Of a stretch of DNA of 64,000 nucleotides, positions 1-14,431 are shown piece by piece. This DNA is from Octopus sinensis (lineage: Eukaryota). Location: contig NC_043004.1 in the NCBI RefSeq assembly GCF_006345805.1, positions 75,826,001 through 75,890,000 on the forward strand, in the 5' to 3' direction. The first letter of the stretch is position 1. Every line of letters starts with the position of its first letter. The position numbers and the translations under genes are program-made. The notes under the pieces were generated by a model that saw nothing but the letters and a program-made list of their open reading frames with translations, searched no databases and was not told the DNA's origin.

Positions 1-224
1 CATATATTATTATATCATTATATTATTATTATTAATTATTATTATTATTATATTATTATTATTATTATTATCATTATTATATTCATTATTATTATTTATT
101 ATTATTATTATTATCATTATTATTATTATTATCATATTATTATTATATTATTATATTATCATTATTATTATTATCATTATTATTATTATTATATTATTTA
201 TTATTATCATTATTATTATTATTA

Positions 225-255
<31 letters not shown>

Positions 256-574
256 CATTATATTATTATTATTCATTATATTATTATTATTATTATTATT
301 ATTATCATTATTATTATTATTATATTATTATTTATTATTATTATTATTATTATTATCATTATTATTATTATTATCATTATTATTATTATCATTATTATTA
401 TTATATCATTTTATTATTATTATTATTATATTATTATCATTATTATTTATTATTATTATTATTATTATATTATTATTATTATCATTATTATTATATTATC
501 ATTATTATTATTATTATATTATTATTTATATTATTATTATCATTATTTATTATTATATTATTATTATCATTATA

Positions 575-607
<33 letters not shown>

Positions 608-796
608 CATTATTATCATTTTATTATCATATTATTATTATTATCATTATTATTATATATCATTATTATTATTATATCATTATTAGTATTATTATCATTA
701 TTATTATTATAATTATTATTATATTATTATTATTATTATTATCATTATTATTATTATATTATATTATTATTATTATTATATTATTATTATTATTTA
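1..796. repeat. (TTA)n/(TCATTA) microsatellite
   Basis: Continuous imperfect ATT repeat running up to a SINE B head at 797. Confidence 0.98.
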
Positions 797-1201
797 GGCG
801 GTGAACTGGCAGAGACATTCCCGTGTTGGGAAAAATGCTTAGCAGCATTTCTTTCGACTTTACATTCTGAGTTCAAACGTCGCCAGGGTCTGTAAAATTT
901 GAATGTAATTGATTTATCCCCACCCCAAAATTGCTGGCCTTGTGTCAAAATTTGTCGACTTTTCTGTCATCCCTACAGGGTCAATAAAACAAAACACCAG
1001 TCAGATATTGGAGAGGGGTCGATTTAATTCACTCACACGCTTCTTCCAAATTGCAGGCTTTGTGCCTTTCTGCTGGATACAATTGTGTGTGTGTGCGTGT
1101 GCATGTATGTGTGTGTGTTTGTGTATGTGTGTCTGTCTGTGTGTATGTATGCGTGTGAATGTGTGTACGTATGTGTGTGTCTGTATATATGTATGTGTGT
1201 A

Positions 1202-1270
<69 letters not shown>

Positions 1271-1799
1271 CTGATAGTGCCTTGTACTGTAAAGACCTAA
1301 ACATTGTAATGTATTGAATAGTCAACAGCAGCAATAATGAGAAGAACAATCTGAACGGAGAACGTTCTTATTTCTCCTCCGACTGATTGCGAATTACACT
1401 TTAATTAATGTAGCTTCATAAATATATTTAATCAGAGTGATATATATATATATATATATATTTTAATCTTAGTTTCCCCCGCTCGACATGAACGTAATGG
1501 CAGGGGTACTCTTTTTTTTCTTTCTGGCTATTTATTCTTGTTTAATGTAGTTTCAGCTCTTAACTTAATCTGCCTCCTGAAAAACATCGTCTCTGCTCCT
1601 CCCACCTCCATTAATATATATCCGTGTGTTTGTGTGTGTGTGTGCGTGTGTGTGTGGTGTGTGTGTGTGTGCGTGCGTGTACGTCGTGTAGTTGTATACT
1701 TGAAACTCAAATTGCTAAACCTACGTACACGATTGTATATGTTAGGGAACTCTTGTGTTTTTTTTTTTCTGTATATATGTGTGTGTTCCTATATTTCCT

Positions 1800-2460
<661 letters not shown>

Positions 2461-3239
2461 TTTTCTCTGTTGTATCTTTTCGAATGTCTCTCGATAATGG
2501 AATTAAGATTTCTATATTTTATAAATATTTCACATCTTACAGAAAGACCAACGATTTGTGCAAGTTTATACATTTAGAGCATTTCGTTGTTAGCTTTGTT
2601 GTTGTTGTTGATGATGATGATGATGATGTTGATGGTTATTGTTTTGTTCCTTTTTATCTTTCATCTAAACTTTTTTTTTTGTCTTACCAGAGAAATGTTG
2701 AAGGGGGTAAAAGTGGAATTATAGGATGACGGTGGGAGTGAGACACAGGGAGAGGGGAAAGAGATTTGCAGAAACTGTACAAACGGCAGTCTAGAAAGTG
2801 TGGTATCCAATTTCTTCATTTCCTCTTCAACCTCCTACATTTATTTCTCTGTCTCCATATTTTCTCTATCACTCTCTCACTCTCTTCCATAACGCCAACC
2901 TTAGCAAGCAACAAACCCCTGCCGCCATCATCATCATCATCACCACCATCGTCGTCACTACTATATCCAACCAGTTCTTTCCTCCCCCTCCCTTATATTT
3001 TTCTAACTCCACCCACCCACCCTTCTCTACTCCTCCTCCTTTTGCTCCGAGTCCAAGTCATTCCACCCACCCCCCCTCCGCCTCACTTCTATCACCCATT
3101 CGTTGTAGAACTAAAAGAGTTTGGGTTCTGAAATAGATAGCACCAAGCCATTGCTCCAACCATATTTCTATGTTTGACTGCCTCGTCTGATGCAGAGAGA
3201 GAGAGCCAGACTGAACTGTGCGCTGTGTTGTGTCAAAAC

Positions 3240-3845
3240 ACGTTGGCGATGGCGACGACGATGGTGGTGGTGGCGGCGGCGGCGGTGGTAATGGTGCAGG
3301 TGACTTCGTTGGTGATGATGATTGGTGACGGCAGTGCTGGTAGAAATTGCGGCGGTTGTGGTGGCAGCGACGGCGGTTATCAGTAGAGTTGGTTGTAGTG
3401 CTGTCTGGTAGAAATGGTACGGGTTGTAGTAGGTGGTGGTGGTGGTGTTACTGGCAGCGGTGTTGATAAAGATTGTGGTGGCGGCGACGGCGACGGCGGC
3501 GGCGGCGGTGGTGGTGGTGGTAGAGGTGATACGGGTTGGGGATTGTTGGCGGCGGTGGTAGAAGCGGTACGTGTAGTTGTGATGATGGTGGTGGTGGTGG
3601 TGGCGGTGGCGGTGGTGGTAGTTGTGGTACTGTCAATCTGTCGATGATTGACGATGCTGGGCTAAGTGACGATGGTACTTAGTCTGTCTGTCTATTGTGT
3701 GGTTGGTGTTGTAGTACGAGCTGTGATTGTGATGATGTGTGGACGGTAGTTGATGGTGGAACAAGATGTTGGTTACGATTTCGTTTTGGTGATGGTGGCG
3801 GTGGCGGTGGCAGTGGTGGTGGTGGTGTTGGCGATAGTTGTGGCG

Positions 3846-3876
<31 letters not shown>

Positions 3877-3988
3877 TAGTGGTAGTAGTAGTAGTAGTAG
3901 TAGTAAATGGTGGTGGTCGGGTTGTTGGTGGCGATGAAGATGGGGGTTGTGGCTGTGAGGAAACACCAGGCAGACAGACGTGTGTGTA

Positions 3989-4023
<35 letters not shown>

Positions 4024-4060
4024 GTGTGTGTGTGTGTGTGTGTTGTGTGTGTGTGTATTT
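3240..4060. repeat. Mixed (GGT/GGC/GTA)n and (GT)n low-complexity tract
   Basis: Direct reading; similar (ACC)n at 32370-32585. Confidence 0.9.
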
Positions 4061-4441
4061 GGAGTCTGCCGGTCTGTCTGACTCTACATATAGACGCAGA
4101 GTAGACTAACACATTTGGAAAGGCGAGTCATAATGGAATAAAAATTGGATGAATGAGTTGTTTGGTTAAGAGGTAAAGGTTGACTTGAAGGAGGGCATCG
4201 TGGACGGAATTATTAGTATTATTATTATTATTGTTGTTGTTGTGTTTTTTCTTCTTCTTCTTCCAGATTCTGTATAGTTGTGGTAAGTGTCAAAGAACAG
4301 AGGAGAGAGGTAGCACTAACGCTTATGAAAGTGGAAAGTTAGGAAGTGGGGTTAGTTCGCCATGCATGCTGCTAAAAGTACTGCTGCTGCTGCTACATTT
4401 TGTAAGGAGAGGAGGTCCTTTGAAGAGATTTCCATATACTA

Positions 4442-4484
<43 letters not shown>

Positions 4485-4752
4485 TTTACACTGTCTCCTT
4501 ACCACTACTGCTACGACTACAACCATTGCCCGTCTGTATATATCTGTCTATTCTTCAGCTACGTCCACCTTTGTTTATATTTACATTCTGTTCTAGTCTC
4601 TCCTCCCACTCTCTGTGTACGGGTGTGTGTCTGTGTGTATGGACTTAGATACGTGTGTGTGTGTATACATATATATGTATTTGTATACTTGTATGTGTTT
4701 GTGTTTGTATTTACATATACGTGTATATATATAATGTATACACGTGTGTGTG

Positions 4753-4846
<94 letters not shown>

Positions 4847-5009
4847 GAAATAAACAGCAGGTTGCAATATTTCATCAAAAATGAGAATTTGATTGTCACT
4901 AAATGTGACTCGGTTAAGAACACCTACATTGCTAGAAATAAGAGCTAAAATGCTCTAATGCTGTATTTAAATGCTGTACGTAAATGAAAATATATACTAA
5001 TAGGGACCT

Positions 5010-5069
<60 letters not shown>

Positions 5070-6367
5070 AAGAGACAGACAGACAGACAAGTAGATAGAT
5101 AGATGCACACTCGCACACACACACACACAGATGCAGGCATGGCTTTGTGATTAAGAAGTTAGCTTTCCAACCATAATTCTGGGTTCAGCCCCACTGCCTG
5201 ACACCATTGGCGAATGTCTTCTGCTGTGTCCCTGGGCCAACCAAAGCCCTGTGAGTGGGTTTGGGAGGCAGAAGCTGAAAGTGGCCTGTTATGTGTGTGT
5301 GTGTGTTTTCTTGACACAGCATTATAATTGTAAATGAAGGTCGCTGTCAAACAATACTTCCAATATTCTGTGAAAACGTGTCTGAACATGGGCAAATGTT
5401 AATTTTCCGGGAAATGATTGAAGGTTGGTGACAGGAAGGGCATCCAGCTGTAGCAATCGTGCTTAGATGGAATTCATCCGAACTATGCAACCATGGAAGA
5501 ATGGACGTTAAAACTATGATGGTGATGACAATGAAGATGTGTGTGTTGATGTATGTGTAGATATCTATGTACATGCATGTGTGTATATGTGCATGTGTAT
5601 ATATATATGCATGTTAGTTTGTGTGTGCCTATATATATATATATATATGCACATACATACACACATATGTACACACACATATATATATATATTCATACAT
5701 AAATGTCCATGGATAACAGATGTTAAATGATGATGATGGTGAATGATATGTGTATATCTGTTATGTGTAAATACGTATATGTAAAGAGTTATGTATGTGT
5801 ATATATGTGTGTGTGTGCGTGTAGATGTGTAAATATATGTATTTGTATGTATACATGTATAGTTAAGTGTATATATATGTATATATTTGTGTGTGTGTAT
5901 GTGTATATAGGCATGTATATATAGAAACATGTAAATATATATATGTATATATATATATATATGCAGGTAGATATATATCTGTATATAATAGGGTCCCTTC
6001 CATATTACTTACATTCAGGGGCTTTAATAAAGGGTTGGCTCTTAGAAAATTCCCATTTTCCAATCTAAAAAATTTCCTCAGATTTCGTACCCAGGGGGCA
6101 GCAAGTGTGGCTGAGGGGTGGATGGATGGAGTATGGAACCTTTAACTTCCATTCTGCCATTGCCTAAGCATCAGTCTTGGAGTGTTAAGTGCATACACAC
6201 AAGCATGCATGCGTGCACATGTGCACACGCATGCGTGTATGGCGTATTGTATGATGTTGAGTGGAAGTGAAGAAAAAAGCTGAAAAAATTGCTAAATTCA
6301 ACCTTGCATTTATTAATAATCACTTCACTGTGTATCTATAGAAACGAAACATCAGTGTTACTGAGAG

Positions 6368-6406
<39 letters not shown>

Positions 6407-6551
6407 TGTGAGTGAAAGTATGAACATGGCTGGAATACTTAACCTATCTACCAGATATATGGTGGAGGGGGGAAGGTCGATTTATAAGCTGTGCATATAC
6501 AATATTAGTGCTGTTACACGTCGCTTTATTTGAATATTAGAACATAAATAT

Positions 6552-6593
<42 letters not shown>

Positions 6594-6604
6594 CACACAC
6601 ATAA

Positions 6605-6635
<31 letters not shown>

Positions 6636-6759
6636 TATATATATATACACACACACTCACATATATATATAAACATATATATATATACATACACATATAT
6701 ACACACACATATATATACATACATATATACATATATATACACACACACACACACATATA

Positions 6760-6814
<55 letters not shown>

Positions 6815-7049
6815 ATTTGTATATATGTTTGTGCCTGTGTTTGTCCACCCACCACCAACATTGTTTGATAACTGATGCTGGTGTGTCTATTTCCCTATAG
6901 CTTAGCGTTTTGGCAAAAAGAGACCGATAGAATAAGTACTAGGCTTACAAAGAATAAGTCATCAGGTTAGTTTGCTTGACTAAAGGTGGTGCTCCAGCAT
7001 GGCCACAGTCAAATGACTGAAACAAGTAAAAGAATATATATATATATAT

Positions 7050-7488
7050 ATACAAAATAAGAAAATGGAGGAATATATTTAAATCAATCTTCAACTCCTA
7101 GATAATACCAATTCATATAATTTATTAACTAATTATATTGGAACATCCAGATCAAACATTATAATACAGAATAAGAGGCCTTGGGATATATATATAAGTA
7201 TCTCATTTATAACCACATATTACCTTAATACACCTGGCTAATATGAGCATAATGAGATACTCTTATCTACATGGCTGAAACGGCTGTAAGATCAATTCTA
7301 TATTTATATTTATTTATACATATTGTACATATGGTATTATATTACTCATTGATGTGTACTGTTTTATTCTGTATTATTATGTTTGATCTGGATGTTCCTA
7401 TATAATTAGTTAATAAATTATATGAATTGGTATTATCTAGGAGTTGATGATTGATTTAAATATAATCCTCCATTTTCTTATTTTGTAT
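7050..7488. repeat. Inverted repeat, ~125 bp arms, ~190 nt spacer
   Basis: 7050-7174 vs 7364-7488 are reverse complements with a few differences. Confidence 0.9.
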
Positions 7489-7682
7489 TATGAATTTGAG
7501 GTAAAACATTTTACCTTCGCCCATATAATACAATAAATGAATTAATTGCATTGCAATTCTTAGCATTTATGTATTAGCATTTCTGGGTGCTTTACTGGCA
7601 GTATATTGGATATATGTTATCCCATAGAGGGTTACAATCACAACCCCTATCTCACTTTGTAATTTTAAATATATATATATAT

Positions 7683-7713
<31 letters not shown>

Positions 7714-10323
7714 TAGATAGATGCAGGCATGGCTGTGTGGTTAGGAAGCTTGCTTCTTAGCTACATTGTCTCAGGTTCAGTCCTACTACATGGCACCTTG
7801 GGCAAGTGTCATCTGCTATAGCTTTGGGCCAACTGAAGCCTTGTCACTGAATTTGGTAGGCAGAAGTTTCCATTGTGTGTGTACATGTGTATGTCAGTGT
7901 TTGTGCCACCGAACAGGAAGGAGAGAAATACAGATATATCTATCTATATATGTGTGTGTGTGTGTTCTTGTTCTTGTTCTGGTCTAATGACCCTCCATGT
8001 TTGTTTTTGTTTGCTTTCCTTGTATGTCCCCACTGCCATGTTTTTCTTCCCAACTCTGATCCTCCATAAATCCTAAATTTTATTTTAGACCTTATGGGAG
8101 CAACTGTCTTTGAAGACTCATCTTGTCATTGAATGCTCGAAATGAGGAGTAGATGGACAGCAACAACTGATGAAGGGTCCTTTCTCTGTGTTTACTTGTC
8201 CTGTTTTCCATTATTTCTTGTTGATTAAACTCGTTTGTTTATGTATTTCATGTTCGAACCATTGGTGACATCCTGTACCCACATATGCATATATATATAT
8301 ATTGGTAAAGACAATATGGCTATGTAGTAAGAAGTTTGCTTACCAACCACATGGTTCCAGGTTCAGTCCCACTGTGTGGCACCTTGGGCAAGTATCATCT
8401 TCTATAGCCTCAGGCCAGCTGAGGGCTTGTGAGTGGATTTGGTTGATGGAAACTGAAAGAAGCCCATTGTGTGTGTATGTATCTTTGTTTATGTATTTGT
8501 CCCCCACCACCACTAGTCAGTTGGTTTTGGTGTGTAACTTAGCAGTTTGGCAAAAGACTGATAGAATAAGTACCAGGCTTAAAAAATTCTTGAAAGCAGT
8601 GCCCTAGCATGGGCACAGCCTAATAAAATAAATAAATGAGGAATCAAATGAGATCTTTGTATATACAAATATATAGTACCCATGTTTATATACAGTGCAC
8701 ATGTATACTGTATACAAACAGCCCTCCAATTTCAAAGTGAAATTGTTTCCAGCTTCTTGTCAATAGGAAAACCTTAAAATGACCCCCACATCACCATTTC
8801 TGTTTCATGAAAAAGAAATCATTGCTATTATGTTAAGTTGTTGTATGTCCAAATTTGGCCAAATGCATTTTTTTTTCAATATTTATTTTTGCTTGCAATA
8901 ACCTTTTCTTTTGGTCAAACTATCGTACCTCCAGCTGCTTCCGATGCCAAGATATCAAAACTTGTCAAAGTGGAGTATAACGGTTTATGCTATGGAATGG
9001 TGAAACTATTTTCTCATTTTCTGAAAAAAGCAACATTTTGAACACATGACATAATAGCAACAAAATACATTTGTGCAAATATATATATACATGTTGTCAT
9101 TGTCATAAATCAGTGTTCACTTTTCCATGCTTGCATGGGTCGGACAAAATTTGCTGAGGCAGATTTTTCTATGGCCAAATTGCCCTTCTTGCTGCTAACC
9201 CTCACTTGTTTTCAAGCAAGGTAATATTGCCCCTACCTGGGAGAGTGGAATCTAACAACATTACTTGTATGTTGAGGATGCTGGTTTACACAACTATCAG
9301 ATGAAGTTGAAACTGCCCAGACATTAGTTTCAATGGTGCTTGTGCCTGTGGAATACTCAGCCATTTCTATTATAACTCATTGGGCAGGAGGTTTGTTTGA
9401 GGGCACAATTGGAATCAATAGGTGATTCAAAGGACACTGTGGAGAATGTGTTTCTGTGAGTGTTTTGGCACTTTTAGGAGAGAAACATTTTCTCTCATCT
9501 TTTAAAAACGACATTTTCTTTGTGTGTGTGTGTGTGTTTTCTTTTGCTTGTTTCAGTCATTGGACTGCAGCCATACTGGGACACTATCTTGAAGGGTTCT
9601 AGTCAGATTGATCATCCCCCAGCAGTTTGTTTTTTGGGGTTCTTTTTTCTTTTTGCTTTCAAGTCTGTAACTTATTCTATTTGTCTCTTTTGTTGAATAT
9701 ACTAAGTTTTGGGGGATGTAAACATACAAACACTGGTCGTCAAGTAGTGTCAGTGGCAAAGGAGGGGGTCACACACAAAGATACCCACACACACACACAC
9801 ACACATACAAATATATGATAGGCTTCCACACAGTTTCTATCTGCCAAAAGCACTCACACAGCATTGGTCAGCCCAGAGCTACAGTAGAAGTCACTTACCC
9901 AAAGGGATGCATAGTGGGACTGAACCCAAGCCTACCCATTGCAAAACGATCTTCTTAACCACACAGCCACCATGCCTGGTATATAGTTAATGTAATGTGC
10001 ATTCACTTCCATAGCACTGTAAACTCTCATAGCATAATGTTTTGCTCGGGTACCTTGGCAGAACATTACGCTACCTTTGCTAAATGCATTCATCGTTTAC
10101 TTGTTTCACTCATTAGACTACGGCCATGCTGTGGCACCACCTTGAAGAATTTATAGTCGAATGTATTGGCCCCAGGACTTTTTTTCTTTGAGCCTGGTAC
10201 TTATTCTATCAATCTCTTTTGCTGAACTGCTAAGTTATGGGGATATAAACACACCAATACCGGTTATCAAGCAGTGGAAGGAGGGACAAACATAGACACA
10301 CATACATACTGTCATCTTCTATC

Positions 10324-10364
<41 letters not shown>

Positions 10365-10919
10365 CGGGCTTCTTTCAGTTTCTGTCTACCAAATCCACTC
10401 ACTAAGCTTTGGTCGGCCAAAGGCTTTTGTAGAAGACACTTGCCCAAGGTGTCACGCAGTAGGACTGAGCCCAGAAACATGTGGTTGGGAAGCAAACTTC
10501 TTACCAACACAGCCACGTCTGCACACATTTGATTGCAAGTCAGCCATAAAACATGCATACATGCTCTCATGAACAAATACACAGCACAAACTGTTGTGCA
10601 AACCGAACGCGATACTTCAACGCATGCACCCTCTTGTGACAAGGTTGTGGTCCCACAGTCCAACACACACACACACAGATGCTCATTTGTATAAGTTTCA
10701 AATTTTGGCACAAGGCCAGCAATTTCAGAGCCGGGTTTAGTCAATTCCATCAGCCTCAGTGGTCAACTGATATCTATTTTATTGTCCCTTAAAAAAGAAA
10801 AGGTAAAGTCAACCCCAGTGACACATGAACTCAGAACATAAGGACCAAAGAAATTCTATCAAGCATTTTGTCTGCTGCGATAAGGGTTCTTCCAGCTCAC
10901 CACAATTACATTGCACAAT

Positions 10920-11403
10920 CATCAAAATCGAAATCAAATTCAATGACTGGCATCCGTGCTAGTGGAGCACTAAGAGTACCATCCTAGCGTGATTGTTGCC
11001 AGAGCAACAAACTGACTTCCGTGCCGGTGGCACGTAAAATGCACCATTCGAGCGTGATCATTACTTGCGTCGCTTTACTGGCACTTGTGCTGGACGCATG
11101 TGAAAAAACACCCAAGCAAGGTCGTTGCCAGCGTCGCTGGACTGGCTCCTGTGCAGGTGGCACATAAAAAACACCATTTGAGTGTGGCCATTGCCAGTAT
11201 CACCTGACTGGCCCTCATGCCAGTGGCACGTAAAAGCACCCACTACATTCTCGGAGTGGTTGGCGTTAAGAAGGGCATCCAGCTGTAGAAACTCTGCCAG
11301 ATCAGATTGGAGCCTGGTGCAGCCATCTGGTTCACCAGTCCTCAGTCAAATCGTCCAACCCATGCTAGCATGGAAAGCGGACGTTAAACGATGATGATGA
11401 TGA
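10920..11403 (+). mobile_element. RTE LINE 3' UTR/tail copy
   Basis: Same sequence as 41690-42175, ending ggacgttaaacgatgatgatga. Shorter copies at about 11565-11715, 11960-12180, 14860-15165, 20240-20425, 23145-23315, 28130-28360 (+) and 52010-52345 (-). Confidence 0.85.
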
Positions 11404-12261
11404 TTAATCATATTGCAAATATTTGTGCTAGGATGCAAAACAATTTCAAAATACTATGCACAACACTCTATGTTGATATACAGGAGATTTACTCCTGTCA
11501 TGGTTTTATAGTTTTGCCCGTCATTAATCAGCAGTAAATTGAACCGAGTGAAATCATAGTCGTGGCCGATGCCAGTGCCGGCTAAGTGGCACGTAGAAAG
11601 CATCATTCAAGTGTGGCTGACGCCTGACTGGCTCCAATGCCAGTAGCACGTAAAAAGCACCCACTACACTCTCAAAGTGGTTATCATTAGGAAGGACATC
11701 CAGCTGTAGAAACGTTATCTCTTATGAGTGGCTATCTTATTTTGGCACCAGATCCTTTGTTTATAAATGTAGACATTCATTCACTTTCGTTTCTTTTACA
11801 TCTGGGGTATCCATACGTCTACTCTACAGCAAGACACCCATCTTTGTTCCTTTATACTTTTAATCTATCAACAGGTACAAAGCCACCCACACCCATCCCA
11901 CTTCAATACTACCCCCTCTCGCTCCTAGTTGAGGAAGTTTTTGTCTTGCAAGGTACTTGGCAACCCTGTTGATGAAGGTGCCACATAAAATGCACTGGTG
12001 CTGGTGCCGCGTAAAAGGCACCCATTTACACTCTGTAAAGTGGTTGGCGTTAGGCAGGGCATCCAACTGACAAAATAGACAATGGAACTTGGTGTGGCTC
12101 CTGGCCTTGCCAACTGCTGTCAAACTGTCCAACCCATGCCAGCAAGGAAAACCTAACAATTTGATGATGATGATGATGATATATAGGCAGTTTTGCCCTT
12201 CATTAATCAGCAATAAATTGAATTCAGTTTAATACGCATCTCTATGTGTGTTAAATGCATG

Positions 12262-12283
<22 letters not shown>

Positions 12284-12293
<10 letters not shown>

Positions 12294-12430
12294 TATAGAA
12301 GGAGCTTCTACAGGACTAGTACTGTTTCATTCAAGAGAAATCTTCAGGAAGATTTCCTGAAGCTTCCTGAAGATTTCTCTTGAATGAAACAGTACTAGTC
12401 CTGTAGAAGCTCCTTCTATATAATAAATTA
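12284..12430. repeat. Perfect inverted repeat, 68 bp arms, 11 nt loop
   Basis: 12284-12351 is the reverse complement of 12363-12430; loop atttcctgaag. Confidence 0.95.
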
Positions 12431-12503
12431 ATTTTACTCTGCTATGTATTGAGTACCTTACTTACTGTGGTTAACCCCGGATCAACCCGGGACCTACATA
12501 TAT

Positions 12504-12554
<51 letters not shown>

Positions 12555-13918
12555 TATATACACATAGAGAGAGAGAGGGAGAGAGAGATACACACATACC
12601 GGTTAGTACCTAATGTGGGGAGGTGGTTGTAAGAAATTGGTAATGGGAAGGCAGTAGATGAGTAAATAAAGAAGTCCCCTGAGAAAACCTGTTCCAACTG
12701 ACAGGCTCGACCGACCGACCGACCGACCGGCCAGCCAGCCAGCCGGCCGGCTTGCCTGCTAGTGCACAGTTTAACTGTTTGGGTCAGTAGGCTTTATAGA
12801 TTAACAGGGAAATATTGCCAGCATCGGCTTTCTCACAATTACATGGCTCAGTGATGGTGTACTATCTGTATGTGGTCTGTGAGTATGTGAGGGTGGGGGG
12901 GAGGGGAGACAGAGTGCGAGAGAGAGAGAGAGAGAGAGAGAGGGGAGGAGGGAGAGACAGAGTGAGCAGTGACATGGGAAAAGGGAGTAGATAATTATTA
13001 CAGAAAAGGAAAAGGTGGTGGTGATGGTGATGGTGGTGGGAAAGGTGGTGCAGGTTGAAGGAAGAGGCAAAGGGAATAGGGAGTAGAGTGGGAGGGTGGT
13101 GTGGGGGACGAGAGGTTATGACTTAGTAAAAGGAGGAGTAATATAGGAAAGAGCGGGCGAGGGGGGGAATGAACTGTGGAGGGGCTGGTATTGTCTTTTG
13201 CTTTTGGTTTGTTTCATTTTTTGTCTTTTTAATTTTTTTTAGATGGGGGAGAAGACAATGAACCAATTGAGAGACAAAGAGAGGAGAAGAAAAGAGCGAT
13301 GGTAGAGGCGGCGGAGGGGGGGGGCTAAGGGAGATAAATAAAATGAATGATTACCATACCTCAGAAATTGGTCCCAATCACTTTTTTTTCCCTAACCCCT
13401 AACACCCCTGTTTATGAGTGGGGGTTTTAACAAGAATGTCTGACACCCCACCCCTCACTCTTTCCACTGAGAATTACTAAGTGTATTGTGGGGGTGGGGG
13501 TTGTAAATTCGTTGCTCATTATGCCTTGTTGTTTAGGTATGTAAAGGTGAATGTGTCTTGTAATTTAGATTAAAAGCAAAGTGGCTGCTGGCATTTCTTG
13601 ATGGAGTAAGCCAAGAAATTTCTATCTAATTAATCCCCCCCCCCCGACATCCTTATTGATGAGAACAATCGTTTTTTCTAAATTAGTAGTTCTGGCCAAA
13701 AAAGGCAGGGGAGACAACTCTGTAACTTCAATGAATTTATGCACTGGCATGGCTGTGTGGTTAAGAAGCTTGCTTACCAACCATGTGGTCTTCGGTTCAG
13801 TCCCACTGCACAACACCTTGAACTCCTACTATAGCCCTGGGTCAACCAACATCTTGTGAGTGGATTCAGTAAACAGAAGCTGAAAAAAGCCCATCGTGTA
13901 TATATATATATATATATA

Positions 13919-13953
<35 letters not shown>

Positions 13954-14339
13954 GGGAGAAGACATATGTAGTTTATGTCTGTGTGTAGTCTTGTTTAAAC
14001 TTCACATGATGGTTGTAAATAAGCATCATCATCATCATCATACAAGCAAGGTTGTTGGTTCCAGCCTTCTGTGAAAAGCAGAATATTATATGTCTGACCA
14101 AGGGGAAATATTACTATCACTAAAGATGCCCCAGCTGTGATCATCCTGTCTTTATATATATCATCATCAACATCATCATTGTTCAACGTCCACTTTCCAT
14201 GCTAGCATGGGTTGGACGGTATGCCTAAACAGACAGTGGATGGAACCTGGTGTGACTCCTGGCCTTACCACCTCTTGTCAAACCGTCCAACCCATGCCAG
14301 CATGGAAAACGGACGTTAAATGATGATGATGCATAAATA

Positions 14340-14431
14340 GGTAGGTCAGGAGGGGGGTAGGCAGGTGGGAGGTAGGTCAGGAGGGGGGTAGGCAGGTGGG
14401 AGGTAGGTCAGGAGGGGGGTAGGCAGGTGGG
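14340..14431 (+). repeat. Three tandem copies of a 31 bp G-rich unit
   Basis: gtaggtcaggaggggggtaggcaggtgggag starts at 14341, 14372 and 14403. Confidence 0.95.

Noticed and set aside
6426-6470. UBE2G2 exon 1 candidates (MAGIL.. here, MAGVL.. at 1498, ..VEYN at 8971)
   Set aside because: None matches ALKRLMAEYK or ends in a good phase-1 donor.
8167-8180. CUGAUGA-AGGG cores here and at 51128
   Set aside because: No stem II closure or downstream GAAA at the right distance.
13390-13404. Telomere-like ccctaacccctaac
   Set aside because: Only about two imperfect units, expected by chance.
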